A DNA stretch of 64,000 bases from NCBI RefSeq assembly GCF_009914755.1, contig NC_060935.1. One strand, 5' to 3'. The translations under genes and the position numbers were made by a program. Source of the DNA: the human T2T-CHM13v2.0 reference genome, Homo sapiens. The first letter of the stretch is position 1. Every line of letters begins with the position of its first letter. Below, piece by piece: positions 12,461 through 64,000 of the stretch. The notes beneath the pieces were generated by a model. That model made no database searches. It was not told the DNA's origin and saw nothing but the letters and a program-made list of their open reading frames with translations.

Positions 12461-12754
12461 GCTGGGTGCAGTGGCTCATGCCTACAATCCCAGCACTTTG
12501 TGATGTCGAGGTGGGAGGATTGCTTGAGCTCAGGAGTTCAAGACCAGCCTGGGCAACAAGGCAAAACCCCATCTCTACAAAAAATATAAATATTAGCTGG
12601 GTGTAGTGGTGCATGACTGTAGTCCCATTTACTTGGGAGGCTGAGATGGGAGGATCACGTGAGCCCCGGGAGGTCAAGGCTGCAGTAAGCTGTGATTGTG
12701 CCACTACACTCCAGCCTGGGTGACAGAGCAAGAACCTGTCTCAGAAAAGAAAGA
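12461..12754 (+). mobile_element. Alu (AluJ-type)
   Basis: Full dimer with AluJ-like aggattgcttgagc and gaggtcaaggctgcagt. Confidence 0.95.
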
Positions 12755-12832
12755 GGGGGGAACTGCATGAAAATAAAAGAGATAAATAATCATAATGTCA
12801 TAACAAACATGAGTATGTGCACATAGCTATAC

Positions 12833-12872
12833 CAGAAAAATACAGCAGAAAATCCGATGGTTCTGATAGGAG
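12833..12872 (-). other. DCDC1: 40-nt 3' UTR part of the stop-codon exon, ending at a probable splice donor
   Basis: CTG|gtatag follows 40 nt after the stop, and I saw no AATAAA nearby on the minus strand. Confidence 0.6.
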
Positions 12873-59702
<46,830 letters not shown>

Positions 59703-61108
59703 CTGTAATAAAAGACACAAAAATTGACCTTGCATACAGAAAGCTTCCAGCAGCAAAGAGAGAAAATAAAAGAAATCTGGGGCCTGAATCCATAATGACA
59801 ACTCTCTCTGCAGGACTGTTAGTCATGAGCTGGACTCTGGGGCCCATCAGACCCATTTGAGTCTCATTTTCCTCTCCAAATTGTGGCACTTGGGCAAATT
59901 ATTTAACCTGTCTAAGGCTAGATTTCTTACCTTCCAGGGTTTCTGTGAAGATTAAAGGTTGATTTTGAAAAGAGCTCTTAGCACAGTCCCAGACGTGACC
60001 AATAAATAGCTAGACACACTGCTATTGACTTTTAGTTCCTTGGTATGCCCCACACTTTTCTATTTCTGTGCCTGCGTTCTTTCTCCTACCTAAAAAAATT
60101 TTTCCTTGGCTTTTTCTGATGTAGTCTTGTTCTTTCTCCAAGGTTGTCAAAGTCTAATTTGTCACCAAGTTCCTCAGCTCCCTCCACCAGAGGGTAGTCT
60201 GTTTCAACTACCTTTGAAACAGACGTTTTTAGCCTGGTTAAACACTGAACACTGATTTCCCACTCCCACAACCCCCTGCCTTCCCAAACAAGCACCGGAC
60301 AAGCCCTGTGGATATTGAGATGATGACAGTTTTGTAGTTCCCTGAGGAGCTCCGAGTCTGGTCAGGGTAGAGAAAGGTGAGCAATTGAAGTGTAATATGA
60401 AGTCGTAGGTGCTGCCATAGGCACCTGGCCAGCGTGCTGTGAGAACAGAGGGGAAAACAATTTTTCCAGAGAAGCCTTATCTAAGGGAGTGGCATTTGGG
60501 TTGGGTTTTAAAGGATAAACAGGATTTCATCAAAAAGCGCTAGACTGGAGCTGAGTGTATGGACATGAGGAGGGTATGGACCAGATGAAACTGAAAAAGA
60601 AAACAGAAACCAACTGAAAGTACTTAGGATTCTAGACTGAGGAACCTGCCTTCTAGCCCATAAGCAGCAGAAAGCCATTGAAGGCATTAGAGCAGATATG
60701 TGGTGTTATCAGGTCTGCTTTTCCGAAAGTTAACTGTCAGAAAGGTGGAAAATGGGCTGGAGGTGGGAGAGGCTGGAGCCTAGACAGCAAGCTTTAGGAC
60801 AGATGTAAATAGATGGAATTGTGAGGAAAAAGTAGAGCTACAGGAGACTGATGGAGCATTTTCTAAACAATACTGTGAGGATATCCCGCCTATGGAAGAA
60901 GTAGAAGATTCTTGCTAAATATATTTTGTGTTAGAATATAATCTTTACATTCTAATACAAAATTACATAAAGTTGACTTTATGCTCATCAGCAAGACATA
61001 GCTTTATAAAGAATGTTTCTAAATTTTATATCCTCAATGGGATAAAGCAATTAAACAGATAATCAGGCCCTCCATTTCTCTAAGGTTAGCTTAGAAGTAA
61101 ATAAAACA

Positions 61109-61233
61109 GGCTGGGTATGGTGGTCCATGCCAGTAATCCCAGCACTTGGGGAGGTCAAGATAGGAGGACCACTTGAGGCCAGGAGTTCAAGATCAGCCTG
61201 GGCAACATAGCAAGATCCCTATTTTTAAAGAAA
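61109..61233 (+). mobile_element. Alu left monomer / FLAM
   Basis: ggctgggtatggtgg...gaggccaggagttcaagatcagcctgggcaacatagcaaga. Confidence 0.85.
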
Positions 61234-62278
61234 GGAGCTATGCCTCCCAGATCCACAGTCAGCTACAGCTCCACAGCAGTGGAGCTCTTAAGCTAATCAC
61301 TTGCCAGGACACCCCACCCCAGGAGCTGTTCTACACTCTTTCAGTTCTTTCCAAACCGTAACAAAACCTTTGAGAAGCTATGGTCATGTGCTTTCTCCTT
61401 TTCTTTATCTTCTTGCTTTGGATTTTTGTCTCATTTTCTTTCTTCTCCCTGTGGCCTTCTCCGACAGCTGCCCCTTACAATGTTCTCTCTCTTTCCTGGT
61501 TATATATAAACCAGGAAATATATCATCATGTAATGATCCCTTGATTATTTTCAATTCTGTATGGTTAAATACTGCTGCATGTGGCTTTCTGATTGTTTCA
61601 CTAAGCAAATTTTCTTCCCCAAAAGTTAGTTGGGAGTTCCTTGAGAGCAAGCAATGCCTTGTTCTAAAAAAAAGAAAAAAAGAAAGAAAGAAAAGAAAAA
61701 AGAAAAGAAGAAGAAAGAAAAACACCGAAAACCTCCAGCAGAACATCCTACACCGGTTGATGTTACATAATATAAATACAACAGATGACTGTTAACAGTT
61801 GAGGAAAACAAGCCTTGGAGAAGGACAGGGCTTTGCTGAAGACTTCCAGCTAGTTAGTGGCAATGCTGGGGTTAAAATCAATTCCTTTGCCTCCTAATCC
61901 AGTGGTCTTTCCAATATTCTATGTTGCCAGCAACTTTACAGAAAGTAGAAGGTACCAACAACAACAAAAGTTCTGTATCTATTATTCTAAAATGGAACTT
62001 ATTATACTATTAGATCATACCTCAGTTTTGTACATGGAAAAATCAACAACAACAAAGAGAACCTCAAAATTGTCTAGAGTGAATTATTAAATAACCAAAG
62101 ATAGCATAATTTTCCTTAAACTCAATAAAACTATTCCCTCATATTTGACAAGGCATACTTTGCAAAAAAGTTCATACCAAGTGCTCCAACCTTTCAGCAG
62201 TGATCTAATTCTTGATTTGGTAAAAAAATACTGATTAAAAAAAATTACAACATATTTCATAAACATAATATACGTTAG

Positions 62279-62698
62279 TGGTATGGTTTAGATGTTTGTC
62301 CTCTGCAAACCTCATATTGAAATTTGATCTCCAATGATGGAGATGAGGCCTAATGAGAGGTGTTTGAGTCATGATAGAAGATCCCTCATAAATAGATTAA
62401 TGCCCCCCCTTGGAAATGAGTGAATTCTCATTCTATTAGTTATTTCAGAGCTGATTGTTAAAAAGATGCTGGCACCTTCCCCCTCTCTCTTACTTCTTCT
62501 CCTCTATGTAGTCTCTGCATTTGCCGGCTCCTCTTCACCTTCTGCCATGAGTGGAAGCTGCCTGAAGCCCTCACCAGATGCAGATGCCCAATCTTGAACT
62601 TTCCAGCCATCAGAATCATGAACCACATAAACTTTTTTACTTTCTAAATTAACCAGCCTCAGGTATTTCTTTATAGTAACACAAAACAGACTAAGACA
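62279..62698 (+). mobile_element. MaLR LTR (MST-like)
   Basis: tggtatggtttagatgtttgtcc start, agactaagaca end. Confidence 0.88.
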
Positions 62699-63020
62699 TT
62701 CATGTTTTAAAAACTGGTTTATAATAGGTAAAATATAAAAATTTAACTACGCCACTCTTAATTCAAGCAAATATAAACCAAAGAAAGTTGCTATAAATTG
62801 TGAAATATGTTTTTTAAATGAGATTAATTTATATTTACAGAGTTGGCCATTCAGAAAGCTAGGGGAATTTGATAGACCTTGACATTTCGGGGAAAAACAT
62901 TGTATTAATTACCATTGGTATCATAGGCTTACATAGTTTATATATTCCACAGATTAAAAACTCCAGAATCATTATATTAACAACCAGTTTTCTTAGGTAG
63001 GTATATGTGTAATATATGTA

Positions 63021-63608
63021 ATACATGTATTATGTAATACATATGTAATATGCATATGTAATACATGTATTATGTAATACATATGTAATATGCATATGTA
63101 ATACATGTATTATGTAATACATATGTAATATGCATATGTAATACATGTATTATGTAATACATATGTAATATGCATGTGTAATACATGTATTATGCAATAC
63201 ATATGTAATATGCATGTGTAATACATGTATTATGCAATACATATGTAATATGCATGTGTAATACATGTATTATGCAATACATATGTAATATGCATGTGTA
63301 ATACATGTATTATGTAATACATATGTAATATGCATGTGTAATACATGTATTATGTAATACATATGTAATATGCATGTGTAATACATGTATTATGTAATAC
63401 ATATGTAATATGCATGTGTAATACATGTATTATGTAATACATATGTAATATGCATGTGTAATACATGTATTATGTAATACATATGTAATATGCATATGTA
63501 ATACATGTATTATGTAATACATATGTAATATGCATATGTAATACATGTATTATGTAATACATATGTAATATGCATATGTAATACATGTATTATGTAATAC
63601 ATATGTAA
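63021..63608. repeat. 40-bp AT-rich minisatellite, 14 full units plus a partial unit
   Basis: Unit atacatgtattatg(t/c)aatacatatgtaatatgcat(a/g)tgta. Confidence 0.97.
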
Positions 63609-64000
63609 TTTGTATTATGTACATATGTAATTGTATTATGTACATAATTTGTATTATGTACATATGTAATTGTATTATGTACCTAATTTGTATTATGTAC
63701 ATATGTAATTTGTATTATGTACATATGTAATTGTATTATGTATTACATATGTAATATGTAATATGCATATGTAAAATACATACGTAATACATATGTAATA
63801 TATACACATATGTACATCTATTACATATACACACATATGTATATATGTAATATACGTATGTGCATATATGTAATATACATATGTGTATATATGTGATATA
63901 CATGTGTGTATATATGTAATAGACATGTGTGTATATATGTAATAGACATGTGTATATATGTAATAGACATGTGTATATATGTAATAGACATGTGTGTATA
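63609..64000. repeat. Degenerate ~20-22-bp TA-rich tandem repeats running to the window end
   Basis: ttgtattatgtacatatgtaa and tatatgtaatagacatgtgtg units. Confidence 0.85.

Noticed and set aside
61301-61795. 164-aa plus-strand ORF
   Set aside because: Low-complexity composition including an A-rich tract; no homology or splice evidence.
63021-63608. Regularly spaced repeats resembling a CRISPR array
   Set aside because: Head-to-tail units with no unique spacers, in a eukaryotic intron; this is a minisatellite.

Overview
Primate (most likely human) genomic DNA lying inside one large minus-strand gene, recognised as DCDC1 (the part formerly called DCDC5). I traced 16 consecutive coding exons by hand from 59702 down to a TAA stop at 12873-12875. 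All have GT-AG boundaries and matching splice phases, and they total 2455 coding nt (about 817 C-terminal residues). They encode the tail of one doublecortin (DCX)-like domain, a ricin-B/beta-trefoil-like QxW region, a CxxC segment and two further DCX-like domains. The rest is intron, containing 12 Alu elements or fragments, MaLR LTRs, L1, L2, MIR, MER elements and simple repeats. The most unusual features are: (1) a 4.7-8.3 kb cluster where two TA-rich sites each hold a copy of nearby sequence enclosed by inverted repeats, plus several smaller snap-back or DUP-INV-DUP scars elsewhere; (2) a DCX-like domain split by a ~65-aa insertion that carries tandem in-frame splice donors; (3) a candidate poison exon; and (4) a 40-bp minisatellite with a PAR-bZIP D-box motif in its units. 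I found no CRISPR array, RNA gene or prokaryotic-type system. Gene identity and repeat subfamilies come from recognition, not from a database search.
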